From: Acidimicrobiia bacterium | GTDB lineage: Bacteria > Actinomycetota > Acidimicrobiia > Spongiisociales > ZC4RG35 | Direction: 5' to 3' | DNA: 36,725 bases | Assembly (NCBI GenBank): GCA_041303885.1 | Contig: JBFYOJ010000035.1 | Span: 1 to 36,725, forward strand | Shown: piece after piece, positions 8,130 to 16,767 of the stretch | Position numbering within the stretch: position 1 is the stretch's first letter | Layout of the letters: every line of letters begins with the position of its first letter | The notes under the pieces: model-generated | Databases searched by the model: none | Seen by the model: only the letters and a program-made list of their open reading frames with translations | What the model was told of the DNA's origin: nothing | Made by a program: the position numbers and the translations under genes

Positions 8130-9239
8130 ATGACGCAGGTCATGACGGTTCAACGGCTGTCTGAGCTCATCGGAGCGGCGGCAGCTGTCGTTGGTGCCGG
8201 TGACCTGGAGCAGGTGCTGCGACGGCTTGTCTCCGAGGCGCGGGGTGCAACCGGCGCCCGATACGCCGCGCTCGGGGTCATCGGAGAGCACGGCGTCCTC
8301 AAGCAGTTCATCTACGAGGGGCTGTCCGCCGAGCAGGCGGAGAGGATCGGGCGGCTGCCTGTGGGACGGGGAGTGCTCGGCACGCTCATCAGCGAGAAAG
8401 TCACCATCCGGCTCGCGTCGATCGCCGAGCACCCGGACTCGTACGGCTTTCCTCCCAACCATCCGCCGATGGAGAGTTTCCTGGGCGTGCCCGTGGTGGT
8501 CGGCACGCATGCGTTCGGGAACCTCTATCTGACCGAGAAGGACGGAGGCTTCACCGACGACGACGTGATGATCGTCGAGGCACTGAGCCGGATTGCCGGG
8601 TCCGCGGTGGCGAGGGCCCGGCTGCAGGAGCGGCTGAGCTCGATTGCGGTCGGCGAAGATCGGGAGCGGATTGCCCGGGATCTCCATGACTCGGTGATCC
8701 AGGATCTGTTCGCGGTGGGGATCGGGCTGCAGGGGATCGCCGAACGAGTCGAGGACACGACGGCGGCCGCCACGCTCGACGATGCCGTCGATCGGCTGGA
8801 CCGTGCCGTCGAGTCACTCAGGTCCTACATCTTCGAGTTGCGCTCGACGCGCGGCCGCCGCCAGCTCGATGAGCGGCTGCAGGAGCTCGTCTCCCGTATG
8901 GGCTCCGCCTATCCGACCACGGTGACCCTGGAGATCGGGATCCCGGGATTCGAGGACGAACGACTCGACGACGAGGTGTTCAAGATCGTCACCGAAGCTC
9001 TCAGCAATGCCTTTCGTCACTCGGGGGGCTCCCACATCGAGGTTGTGGTCGACGCCGACGACCACTGGTGCTGGATCGTGGTGCGGGATGATGGTTTCGG
9101 CTTCGACCCGGATGCGGCAGTGTCGGGGATGGGTCTGGCCAACCTGAGAAATCGAGCTCAGGGGCGGGGTGGCTCCACCGCAGTGACGAGCGGGCCGGGC
9201 GAGGGCACAACAGTCGAGGTTCGGATTCCGATCAAGTGA
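8130..9239 (+). CDS. cytoplasmic GAF-domain sensor histidine kinase (HisKA_3, DosS/NarX type)
   Basis: 369 aa with no TM segment. It has one N-terminal GAF-like domain (ARYAALGVIGEHGVL...FLGVPVVVGTHAFGNLYLTEK), the H-box RERIARDLHDSVIQDLFAVG, and an ATPase domain (EALSNAFRHSG...VRDDGFGF...GMGLANLRNRA). The start could be ATG8130 or ATG8142. Confidence 0.9.
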   Translation: MTQVMTVQRLSELIGAAAAVVGAGDLEQVLRRLVSEARGATGARYAALGVIGEHGVLKQFIYEGLSAEQAERIGRLPVGRGVLGTLISEKVTIRLASIAEHPDSYGFPPNHPPMESFLGVPVVVGTHAFGNLYLTEKDGGFTDDDVMIVEALSRIAGSAVARARLQERLSSIAVGEDRERIARDLHDSVIQDLFAVGIGLQGIAERVEDTTAAATLDDAVDRLDRAVESLRSYIFELRSTRGRRQLDERLQELVSRMGSAYPTTVTLEIGIPGFEDERLDDEVFKIVTEALSNAFRHSGGSHIEVVVDADDHWCWIVVRDDGFGFDPDAAVSGMGLANLRNRAQGRGGSTAVTSGPGEGTTVEVRIPIK

Positions 9240-9690
9240 CGGTCTGGCCAAGGGTGATCGCGTCGGCGAGGCGATCAACCCAGGCCTTGACCGTCGAGTC
9301 TGCCACCCGTCGAAGCACGACGCGGTCGACAACCCGGCCCAAGGAGCCGAGCGGAGGCTCGTAGGTCCCCTCGAGACTGATCCGGGTCTGGGCCGAGCCC
9401 ACGTGGGAGAAGGTCAGGTCTGCATTGAGCCTGGGGAACAGGACTCCCGCACCTGTGGCCGACCAGCTGATGGGATATACCAACCCGGCCCGGTGGATCT
9501 CGGCAACTCCGATCTCCAGACGGACCTCTTTGGCGAGGGTCCCGGAACTGGGCCCGACGCGTGACCGCAACTCCTCGCCATCGCGGTAGGCGACGTCGGC
9601 CCAGGGCCCGAGCTGTGAGCGGAGCTCGTCCAGCCGCTTCTCGACTTCGCCCATGGGCAGAGGGACATGCGTGTAGTAGCTGACGAACAT
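9232..9690 (-). CDS. hypothetical protein (possibly SRPBCC/START-like fold)
   Basis: 152 aa. Its ATG overlaps the stop of the upstream PNPOx-family gene (TGATG). Third positions are G/C-rich. The fold guess rests only on size and the alternating beta-like pattern. The 3' end overlaps the convergent kinase gene by 8 nt. Confidence 0.6.
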   Translation of the reverse strand: MFVSYYTHVPLPMGEVEKRLDELRSQLGPWADVAYRDGEELRSRVGPSSGTLAKEVRLEIGVAEIHRAGLVYPISWSATGAGVLFPRLNADLTFSHVGSAQTRISLEGTYEPPLGSLGRVVDRVVLRRVADSTVKAWVDRLADAITLGQTVT

Positions 9691-10151
9691 CAGAGGCGGC
9701 CGGGTCTGGTTCGGAACGAGAAGCCCTGACCCGAGGTCATTCCCGTGATCTCGTCGATGGGGACTTCGATCACATGCGGAAAGCTCGCCATGGGCTGAAG
9801 GCCACCATGTCCCAAGGGCGAGCCGAGGACGGCCTCGTACTTCTCCAGAAGGAGCTCGACGGCGCGGGAGGTGGTCTCATCGTCCGATCGCTCCGCCGCC
9901 TTCCCTGTAACCACCACACTGGTCCAGTCACCCGTGGCCTCGTCGAAGTCCGAAGCCTCGATACACACGGTCGGGTTGGTTTCGATCGCTTCGAAGCGCT
10001 TGCCTGGCTTGGTCCGAAACAGGATGCGATTCCCATCGACCACAAAGGACATCGGCGTCACGTAAGGGTCGCCATCGACAATCACCCCTATGTGGGCCAC
10101 CTTGGACTTCCTCAGGAATTCGAGGGCATCGTTCTCAGCGATCTGCTCCAC
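9690..10151 (-). CDS. pyridoxamine 5'-phosphate oxidase-family (FMN/F420 split-barrel) protein
   Basis: 153 aa with a GTG start 3 nt after the CBS gene stop. ALEFLRKSKVAHIGVIVDGDPYVTPMSFVVDGNRILFRTKPGKRFEAIETNPTVCIE is the typical PNPOx-like N-terminal barrel. Confidence 0.8.
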   Translation of the reverse strand: MEQIAENDALEFLRKSKVAHIGVIVDGDPYVTPMSFVVDGNRILFRTKPGKRFEAIETNPTVCIEASDFDEATGDWTSVVVTGKAAERSDDETTSRAVELLLEKYEAVLGSPLGHGGLQPMASFPHVIEVPIDEITGMTSGQGFSFRTRPGRL

Positions 10152-10154
10152 GTC

Positions 10155-10532
10155 TCACCCCGCGGGTTCGGTGATCGCCCAGAGCACATCCTTGATCGAG
10201 ATGACACCGAGCACGTTCTTCCCATCGACGACGGGCAGGTGCCGGAAGCCAGTGGCCAGCATCCAGTTGGCCGCCTCTCCCACGTCCATCTCGGGGGTAA
10301 ATGAATCGGGGTATTCGGTCATCCAACTACTCACCGAGTCGCGTTCCAGATCGGCATCGTCGGCGACGGCGCGAAGGATGTCTCGCTCGGTCAGGATCCC
10401 CTCCAGGGCGCCATCTACTTCGACCGCCACCGAGCCCACGTCGGTCGACGCCATCACCTGCGCTGCTTCGCGCAGGGTGGCACCCGGGGCAACCCAGACG
10501 ACGTTGCCACCAACCAATTCTCGGACTCTCAT
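10155..10532 (-). CDS. CBS-pair-only protein (Hrp1/Rv2626c-like architecture)
   Basis: The ORF track gives 10155..10721. The first 63 codons are Arg/Pro/Ala-rich junk overlapping the divergent promoter. The preferred start is ATG10532 after GGAAAGGG. The product is MRVRELVGGNVVWVAPGATLREAAQVMASTDVGSVAVEV...GFRHLPVVDGKNVLGVISIKDVL, which is two CBS motifs and nothing else. Confidence 0.8.
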   Translation of the reverse strand: MRVRELVGGNVVWVAPGATLREAAQVMASTDVGSVAVEVDGALEGILTERDILRAVADDADLERDSVSSWMTEYPDSFTPEMDVGEAANWMLATGFRHLPVVDGKNVLGVISIKDVLWAITEPAG

Positions 10533-10656
10533 CACGTACCCTTTCCCTAGCTCGATCCCATGATCACACAGATACCTCGCAGCAATCACGGCCGTTAGTC
10601 CCAACCTCCCGGGACCGGAGAGCGCCGCCGAGGCTGCCTGACGGCGCCGACGCGGG

Positions 10657-10676
10657 TTGGGGGCTTTGGTCCCTAC
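10657..10676. promoter_or_regulatory. DosR/DevR-box-like palindrome
   Basis: TTGGGGGCTTTGGTCCCTAC matches the M. tuberculosis DosR consensus, recalled as TTSGGGACTWWAGTCCCSAA, at 16/20 positions. It lies 35 nt upstream of ATG10712 (oxidase) and about 125 nt upstream of ATG10532 (CBS operon). Extra half-sites are AGTCCC at 10597-10602 and GGGAC at 10611-10615. Confidence 0.5.
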
Positions 10677-10711
10677 TGCCTTGTCTTCGCGTTTGGCTAC
10701 CGTGCCGCAGC

Positions 10712-12103
10712 ATGACACCAAGACGTGATGAGTCGAGCGACCTGTCTCCTGCGGGGGCGTTCGACAAGTTCCTCATCGTGGTGGCGATCATGGGGGCGGC
10801 TGTCGCGGTCCTCGCCGCCATAGTGGCCTTCCGCGGTGGTACGGCATCGGCCACGGACGACGGTGCAGGTGACCAAGGGACGCAGGTGGTCAGCTACTCA
10901 CTGACCGAGTTCGCCATCGACGGTGCTCTCGAGGTCTTCTCCGGTCCAACGCAGTTCGAAGTGGCCAACGACGGGACTGTGATGCACAACTTGACGGTGG
11001 AGGGCGGGTCTGCGACGCCTGACCTGAACCGAGGTGAGTCGGCCACACTCGACGTTGGCGACCTCGACCCGGGCTCCTATGTCATCTTCTGCTCGATCGC
11101 CGGGCATCGTGAGGCGGGCATGGAGGCGACGGTGACAGTCACCGAAGGTGCTGGAGGCTCGGGCACGACCACCCCTGACCACGCCGGAGAAGACCCCGAC
11201 TGGGCGGCGCTGGACCGGGCCATGAACGAATCGATCCTCGCGTTCCCGGCCGCGACCGAGGGTTTGGGCAATCAGCTGCTCGAGCCGGACATCCTCCCCG
11301 ACGGGACCAAGGAGTTCCATCTCACCGCGGCTGTCACCCCGTGGGAGGTGGAGCCGGGCAAGATCGTCGACGCCTGGACCTACAACGGCATGGTGCCGGC
11401 ACCCATGATCAAGGTCGACGTCGGCGACAAGGTGCGCGTGGTCGTCGATAACCAGCTTCCGATGGGGACCGACGTCCATTGGCATGGAGTCAAGGTCCCC
11501 AACAGCATGGACGGGGTAGCGCCTCTGACCCAGCCGTTGATCGAATCGGGCGACACCTTCGTATACGAGTTCACCACACGCGAGCCGGCGATCGCGATGT
11601 ATCACGCCCACCATCACGGACAGATGCAGGTGCCCAACGGCCTGTTCGGGACCTTCATGGTCGGCGAGGTCGAGATGCCGCTCGGTCAGACCATCTCAGG
11701 AGTCGAGATCCCGTCGAACCTCGATGTCTCCCAGGAGATACCGATGGTGCTCAATGATGCCGGGGTGATCGGTCTCAGCCTCAACGGCAAGTCCTTCCCG
11801 GCTACCCAGCCTTACACCGGGAAGGTGGGGGACTGGGTGGTGGTCCACTACTACAACGAGGGCTTGCAGATTCACCCGATGCACCAGCATCAGTTCCCGC
11901 AGCTCGTATACGCAAAGGACGGGATCCCTCTCGAGAGCCCCTACTGGGTCGACACACTCAACGTGGCACCGGGTGAGCGCTATTCGGTCCTGATGCAGCT
12001 CGAGGACCCAGGAGTGTGGGTCTGGCACTGCCACATCCTGACCCATGTCGAGCGCGAAGAGGGCATGTACGGGATGGTGACCGCCTTCATAGTGGAGGAG
12101 TAG
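10712..12103 (+). CDS. membrane-anchored multicopper oxidase with an extra N-terminal cupredoxin domain
   Basis: The ORF track starts at 10301. The preferred start is in-frame ATG10712 (MTPRRDES...), followed by a TM helix (FLIVVAIMGAAVAVLAAIVAF). Next comes a plastocyanin-like domain with T1 ligands (VMHNL; FCSIAGHREAGM). The MCO motifs are HWHG, YHAHHHG, HPMHQH and HCHILTHVEREEGM. Confidence 0.85.
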   Translation: MTPRRDESSDLSPAGAFDKFLIVVAIMGAAVAVLAAIVAFRGGTASATDDGAGDQGTQVVSYSLTEFAIDGALEVFSGPTQFEVANDGTVMHNLTVEGGSATPDLNRGESATLDVGDLDPGSYVIFCSIAGHREAGMEATVTVTEGAGGSGTTTPDHAGEDPDWAALDRAMNESILAFPAATEGLGNQLLEPDILPDGTKEFHLTAAVTPWEVEPGKIVDAWTYNGMVPAPMIKVDVGDKVRVVVDNQLPMGTDVHWHGVKVPNSMDGVAPLTQPLIESGDTFVYEFTTREPAIAMYHAHHHGQMQVPNGLFGTFMVGEVEMPLGQTISGVEIPSNLDVSQEIPMVLNDAGVIGLSLNGKSFPATQPYTGKVGDWVVVHYYNEGLQIHPMHQHQFPQLVYAKDGIPLESPYWVDTLNVAPGERYSVLMQLEDPGVWVWHCHILTHVEREEGMYGMVTAFIVEE

Positions 12104-12122
12104 CGACGGCTAGCGTCGGGGG

Positions 12123-12851
12123 ATGCTGAGACGGATCGAACCGGCTGGCCCTCCCGTCGAGGACCTCGTCGGCCTGTACCAGAGTGACCATCGATTCGTC
12201 GAGGGCCGGCCCTGGGTGGCCCTCAACTTCATCAGCTCCGCCGACGGCGGCACCGCCCTCGAGGGCAAATCGACCGAGCTCGGCGACGACGACGACAAGG
12301 CGGTGTTCCAGGCGTTGCGGGCCATGCCCGACGTCATCTTGGTCGGAGCCGGGACGATCGAGGCAGAGGATTACCGACCCGTCTCGCTCGACGAGACGCG
12401 CAGGGAGCGAAGAGTGGCCAATGGGCTGTCCGAGGTGCCCGTCCTTGCCATCGTGTCCGGTCGCCTCAGCTTGGACACAGAGCGAAGGGTGTTCTCCGAC
12501 CCGGAGCACATGCCGATGGTCATCACGGGGCCCAATGCGGACCCCGCGAAGCTGGCGATGCTCGGTGATGCCGCCGATGTGGTCATCCTCGAGGAGCTGA
12601 CCATCCCTACGATCCTGGCCCGGCTCGGCGCGGCGCGGGTGATCCTCTGTGAAGGCGGGCCCAGCCTCGCCGGTGAGTTCGTGGCTGCCGGGTTGGTCGA
12701 TGAGCTGAATCTGACCCTCTCGCCGAAACTGATCGGTGGCAGTTCATCCCGGCTCGCAAGGGGCCAGGCGGCAGATCCACCACTCGATATGCGTCTGGAT
12801 CGCTCCCTCATGGGCGAACGATCTCTCTTTCTGCGATATTTGAGGGAATGA
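12123..12851 (+). CDS. RibD C-terminal-domain / DHFR-like pyrimidine reductase family protein
   Basis: 242 aa. WVALNFISSADGGTALEGKSTELGDDDDKAVFQALRAMPDVILVGAGT and ILCEGGPSLAGEFVAAGLVDELNLTLSPKLIGG are typical of RibD_C-type reductases. Confidence 0.7.
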   Translation: MLRRIEPAGPPVEDLVGLYQSDHRFVEGRPWVALNFISSADGGTALEGKSTELGDDDDKAVFQALRAMPDVILVGAGTIEAEDYRPVSLDETRRERRVANGLSEVPVLAIVSGRLSLDTERRVFSDPEHMPMVITGPNADPAKLAMLGDAADVVILEELTIPTILARLGAARVILCEGGPSLAGEFVAAGLVDELNLTLSPKLIGGSSSRLARGQAADPPLDMRLDRSLMGERSLFLRYLRE

Positions 12852-12869
12852 GCCGCCAAGGAGAGACAG

Positions 12870-14153
12870 ATGGGTAAACACGCCGAGCTCTTCGAGCGCC
12901 ACAAGGCCGTATTGCCGGGATGGGCTCCCCTGTACTACGAGCAGCCCATCTCCCTCGTCGACGGCGACGGCAGGTGGGTCACCGATGCGGAGGGAAATCG
13001 TTACCTGGACTTCTTCGGCGGGATACTCGTGACGATGTCCGGGTACAAGGTCCCGGAGGTCGTCGAGGCGATCAAAGCCCAGGCCGACCGGATGCTTCAC
13101 ACGTCGACTCTCTATCTGATCGAGTCCCAGATCGAGCTCGCCGAGAAGGTCGCAGAGTTGTCGGGCATCCCGAACGCAAAGGTCTTCTTCACCAACTCGG
13201 GCACGGAGGCCAACGACGCCGCCTTGATGCTGGCGACGACATACAAGAAGTCGAACCAGGTGCTCGCCGTCAGGGGCAGCTACCACGGAAAGTCCCATTC
13301 GGCGATAGCGGTGACCGGGCAGAAAGCCTGGTCGGGCACCAGCCTGTCACCGTTCCAGGTGACCTATGTCCATGGTGGGTACAAGCTGAGAAGCCCCTTC
13401 GGGCACCTTCCGGACGAGGACTTCATTGCTGCGTGTGTGGCCGACCTGGAGGATCTCCTGGCCGTGGCCACCACCGGGAACGCCGCCGTGATGATCGCGG
13501 AGCCGATCCAGGGTGTGGGCGGCTTTGTCACGCCACCGGACGGTTTCTTCAAGGCGATGAAGGAAGTTCTGGACAGGAACGGGATCCTCTTCATATCCGA
13601 TGAGGTGCAGACGGGTTGGGGGCGGACCGGCGAGCACTTCTGGGGTTATCAGGCGCACGGGATCACTCCCGACTTCCTCACCTTCGCCAAGGGGCTCGGC
13701 AACGGTCTGAGCATCGGGGGCGTGGTGGCTCCGGCCGATATCATGGAGGCCTACCCGGCATTGGGCATCTCCACATTCGGCGGCAATCCGCTGGCGACCG
13801 CTGGGGCCCTTGCCAACCTCGAGTATCTGCTGGCCAACGATCTACAGACGAACTCCCTCAAGGTGGGCAACCGGCTCATGCAGAGCCTGGTGCCGCTCTC
13901 AGAGGAGCTGGAGATCATCGGTGAGGTACGGGGCAAGGGCTTGATGATCGGGGTCGAGCTGGTGAGATCGGATGGCACCCCAGCCCCCGAGAAGGCGGCG
14001 GAAGTCCTCGAGGCCGCCCGCGAAGAGGGGCTCCTGATCGGCAAGGGCGGTCTCTACGGGAATTCACTGCGGCTGGCCCCGCCGATGTCGATCACCGAAG
14101 AGGAGGCTGACGAGGGGTTCGCTCGCCTGGAGCGGGCTCTGCGAAGGGTCTGA
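12870..14153 (+). CDS. class III PLP-dependent aminotransferase
   Basis: 427 aa. The SD AAGGAGAG precedes ATG12870. Motifs: FTNSGTEANDAALMLA, ISDEVQTGWGRTGEHFWG, and the PLP Lys in TFAKGLGNGLSIGG. Substrate not assignable. Confidence 0.9.
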   Translation: MGKHAELFERHKAVLPGWAPLYYEQPISLVDGDGRWVTDAEGNRYLDFFGGILVTMSGYKVPEVVEAIKAQADRMLHTSTLYLIESQIELAEKVAELSGIPNAKVFFTNSGTEANDAALMLATTYKKSNQVLAVRGSYHGKSHSAIAVTGQKAWSGTSLSPFQVTYVHGGYKLRSPFGHLPDEDFIAACVADLEDLLAVATTGNAAVMIAEPIQGVGGFVTPPDGFFKAMKEVLDRNGILFISDEVQTGWGRTGEHFWGYQAHGITPDFLTFAKGLGNGLSIGGVVAPADIMEAYPALGISTFGGNPLATAGALANLEYLLANDLQTNSLKVGNRLMQSLVPLSEELEIIGEVRGKGLMIGVELVRSDGTPAPEKAAEVLEAAREEGLLIGKGGLYGNSLRLAPPMSITEEEADEGFARLERALRRV

Positions 14154-14159
14154 GGGCGG

Positions 14160-15110
14160 CTAGAGGAGCGCCTGGAGATCGATGTCACAACTCGGGTGGC
14201 GGAGCTTGGCCAGCCCCCGGGCCTCGATCTGACGGACGCGCTCCCGGGTGGAGTTGATGACCTTGCCGACGTCCGAGAGAGTCCACGGCTCGTCACCGTC
14301 GAGGCCGAAGCGAAGCCAGAGCACCTGCTGCTCCTCCGGATCGAGTATCTGAAGGGCCTTGATCAGGCGGTCCCGGCGCCAGGCGGCGGCCGCCCTTGCC
14401 TCGGGATCCGCAGCAGTGGCGTCCTCCACGAAGTCCTGGAGTGAGGCGTCACCGTCTTCGCCGACGGGGCGGTCGAGCGAGACGGTCTCTGCGGGTGCCT
14501 CGAGTGCGGCGAGGACACGTTCTGTGTCGAGCCCCGATGCCTCCGAGATCTCCTCGAGAGTCGGTGCGCGGTGGTACTTGTCGTGGAGGCTCTGTCGGGT
14601 GTCCTGGACGGTCCTCACCACATCCACCATGTGGACGGGCAGACGGATGGTCTTTCCGTTGTTGCCGAGGCCGCGTGTTATCGCCTGGCGGATCCACCAG
14701 GTCGCGTATGTGGAGAACTTGAAGCCTTTACGCCAATCGAACTTCTCCACGGCCCGGATCAGCCCGAGGTTTCCCTCCTGGATCAGATCGAGGAGATCGA
14801 GGCCACGCCCGGTGTACCGCTTGGCGATCGAGATCACCAGACGGAGGTTGGACCGGATGAAGGTCATCTTTGCCTCGTCGCCCTCGGCGACGAGACGCAT
14901 CAGCTTGGCGCGATCGGCCTGTTGGTAGTCGCCGGATTCCAGCGCAGCCTTTGCCTTCTTGCCGAGCTCCATCGATCGGGACAGATGGACTTCGTCCTCG
15001 GCTGTGAGCAAGAGATGGGCAGAAACTTCGTCGAGATAGAGTCCGACGGTGTCGGCCGGGCTCGATCCCCGTTCGGGTCTGGCGTCTTTGGCCCTTATGG
15101 CCTTACCCAA
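14160..15110 (-). CDS. sigma-70 family sigma factor (group 1/2, SigB/Hrd-like)
   Basis: 316 aa. The TTG start at 15110 lies 5 nt after GGAGG. Region 2 is NLRLVISIAKRYTGRGLDLLDLIQEGNLGLIRAVEKFDWRKGFKFSTYATWWIRQAITR. Region 4.2 is TRERVRQIEARGLAKLRHP. Confidence 0.9.
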   Translation of the reverse strand: MGKAIRAKDARPERGSSPADTVGLYLDEVSAHLLLTAEDEVHLSRSMELGKKAKAALESGDYQQADRAKLMRLVAEGDEAKMTFIRSNLRLVISIAKRYTGRGLDLLDLIQEGNLGLIRAVEKFDWRKGFKFSTYATWWIRQAITRGLGNNGKTIRLPVHMVDVVRTVQDTRQSLHDKYHRAPTLEEISEASGLDTERVLAALEAPAETVSLDRPVGEDGDASLQDFVEDATAADPEARAAAAWRRDRLIKALQILDPEEQQVLWLRFGLDGDEPWTLSDVGKVINSTRERVRQIEARGLAKLRHPSCDIDLQALL

Positions 15111-15180
15111 TCTGGCCTCCTATCCGGCCCCTGTGGAAAACTAACGGCCCTGGCTGAATCTGGCAAACGGTTTTGGCTGG

Positions 15181-16677
15181 TTGCAGGGCGCGACGGGTAA
15201 ACTTCGTGGCTCAGTGGCGCGCCGAACCCAGTTTCGATTGCTGGTTGCGCTCACCATCGTCTGGGCACTCTGGGCTGCATGGTCGTTGCTCGGGCGAGCA
15301 ACCCCCTACACCTTGCAGGTTCTCGATGACATAGGAACGCCGATCGCGGCGGCCTCGGTGGATGTGGACAACAGCCAGATCGGGACCAGCGACGAGCAGG
15401 GCAGGGTCGAGGTCGAGTGGAGCAGGTCGACGTCGGTCCTCGAGGTGAGCGCTGCCGGGCACATCTCCCAGAAGATCACCGTCGCGGAGCAGCCGGACGG
15501 GGTGGTCGACGTTGTGTTGAAGGCCCGTGTCCTACGCGGCCGGGTGACAGACACGGCCGGGTCGCCGGTGGAGGCAGCTCGTGTCGTTGCCGGCCCGGCG
15601 TCTGGGGTCACCGACGACGACGGGCGATTCAGCCTGAGGGGGGCGGAGCCGGGCGCGGTGCAGGTCTCCCGCCCTGCATGGGTCGATACGAGCTTCGACT
15701 GGGATGGGGGGGTCGGTGAGTCTGTGGTCCAGATGGAGCCCTTCATCGCCCGCGCCGTTCACATCTCGGGCGAGGCCGCCGAGGAGGACATCGGCCACTT
15801 CTTCGAGATGGCGGAGACCACCGAGCTCAACGCCCTGATGATCGACCTCAAAGACGAGTCGGGGCTGGTTTGGTACGACAGCGCCGACCCGACGGCATCT
15901 GAGGTGGGTGCGATCCGTGCTGCCTACAGCCTCCGTGAGATTGCTGATCGAGCCGACCAGGAAGACCTGTATCTGATCGGCCGTCTGGTCGTCTTCAGCG
16001 ATCCGACCGCCGCGGTGCTCAAGCCCGAGATCGCGGTATGGGACTCGGCTACCAATCAGCCCTACGTTTCCAACGGCCAGTACTTTCTCGACCCGACCGA
16101 CCCCGATGCCAGGGCCTACGGGCTGGCTCTCGCCGCCGAGGCGTGTGAGATGGGCTTGGACGAGGTTCAGTTCGACTACGTCAGGTTCCCCGACAAGCGG
16201 ACCGAGTCGACAACATTCGACGGAGGCGTGAGCCTCGAGATGAGGACCAGAACGATCGTCCAGTTCCTGGAGGATGCGGTGGCCCTGCTGCATCCGATGG
16301 GCTGCGCGGTCGGCGCCGATGTCTTCGGTTTCACCACCACCGCAATCGATGACGGTGGGATAGGGCAGCGATGGGAGGACGTGACCAGCGTGGTCGACGT
16401 CGCCTCACCCATGGTCTATCCCTCTCATTACTCCGCTGGCTGGTACGGGTTCGAAGTTCCCAATGACCACCCCGGCCCAATGGTGACTCGAGCCATCGAG
16501 GATGGCATGGAACGTCTGCCCCGCAATGTTGTCATCCGCCCCTGGCTTCAGGACTTCGGATACACCGCCGACCAGGTTCGGGCCCAGATCGACTCCGCGG
16601 AGCGATTCGGTCTCGGGTGGATGCTGTGGAATGCGAAGTCGTCCGTGACTGTCGATGCATTGAGCCGGTTGGAGTAG
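15181..16677 (+). CDS. putative glycoside-hydrolase-like TIM-barrel protein (COG1306/DUF4015-like) with N-terminal anchor
   Basis: 498 aa with an N-terminal hydrophobic segment (LLVALTIVWALWAAWSLL). There are two carboxypeptidase-regulatory-like repeats (VLDDIGTPIAAASV...DEQGRVEV; GRVTDTAGSPVEAARV...DDDGRFSL). Next come HISGEAA...LNALMIDLKDESG and EVQFDYVRFP. The start is uncertain (TTG15181 or GTG15214). The family call is from memory. Confidence 0.6.
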   Translation: MQGATGKLRGSVARRTQFRLLVALTIVWALWAAWSLLGRATPYTLQVLDDIGTPIAAASVDVDNSQIGTSDEQGRVEVEWSRSTSVLEVSAAGHISQKITVAEQPDGVVDVVLKARVLRGRVTDTAGSPVEAARVVAGPASGVTDDDGRFSLRGAEPGAVQVSRPAWVDTSFDWDGGVGESVVQMEPFIARAVHISGEAAEEDIGHFFEMAETTELNALMIDLKDESGLVWYDSADPTASEVGAIRAAYSLREIADRADQEDLYLIGRLVVFSDPTAAVLKPEIAVWDSATNQPYVSNGQYFLDPTDPDARAYGLALAAEACEMGLDEVQFDYVRFPDKRTESTTFDGGVSLEMRTRTIVQFLEDAVALLHPMGCAVGADVFGFTTTAIDDGGIGQRWEDVTSVVDVASPMVYPSHYSAGWYGFEVPNDHPGPMVTRAIEDGMERLPRNVVIRPWLQDFGYTADQVRAQIDSAERFGLGWMLWNAKSSVTVDALSRLE

Positions 16678-16767
16678 CCCGCCTCGGCCCTGCCGGCCCT
16701 CTCATACCCCATCGAACCTGGTGAGCGTGGTAGGGGACTGCCGCGAAGCTTCTCGGGGAGATTCGCA

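Noticed and set aside
10301-10711. 137-codon N-terminal extension of the multicopper oxidase ORF
   Set aside because: The extension is Arg/Pro/Ser-rich and overlaps the CBS gene and the whole divergent promoter. In-frame ATG10712 gives a sensible N-terminus followed by a TM helix. The same reasoning trims the 5' extensions of sufU (23337-23474), the Rieske gene (17849-18076), sufC' (18256-18384), the hydrolase (32999-33115), the CBS gene (10533-10721) and the YbaK-like gene (25984-26136).
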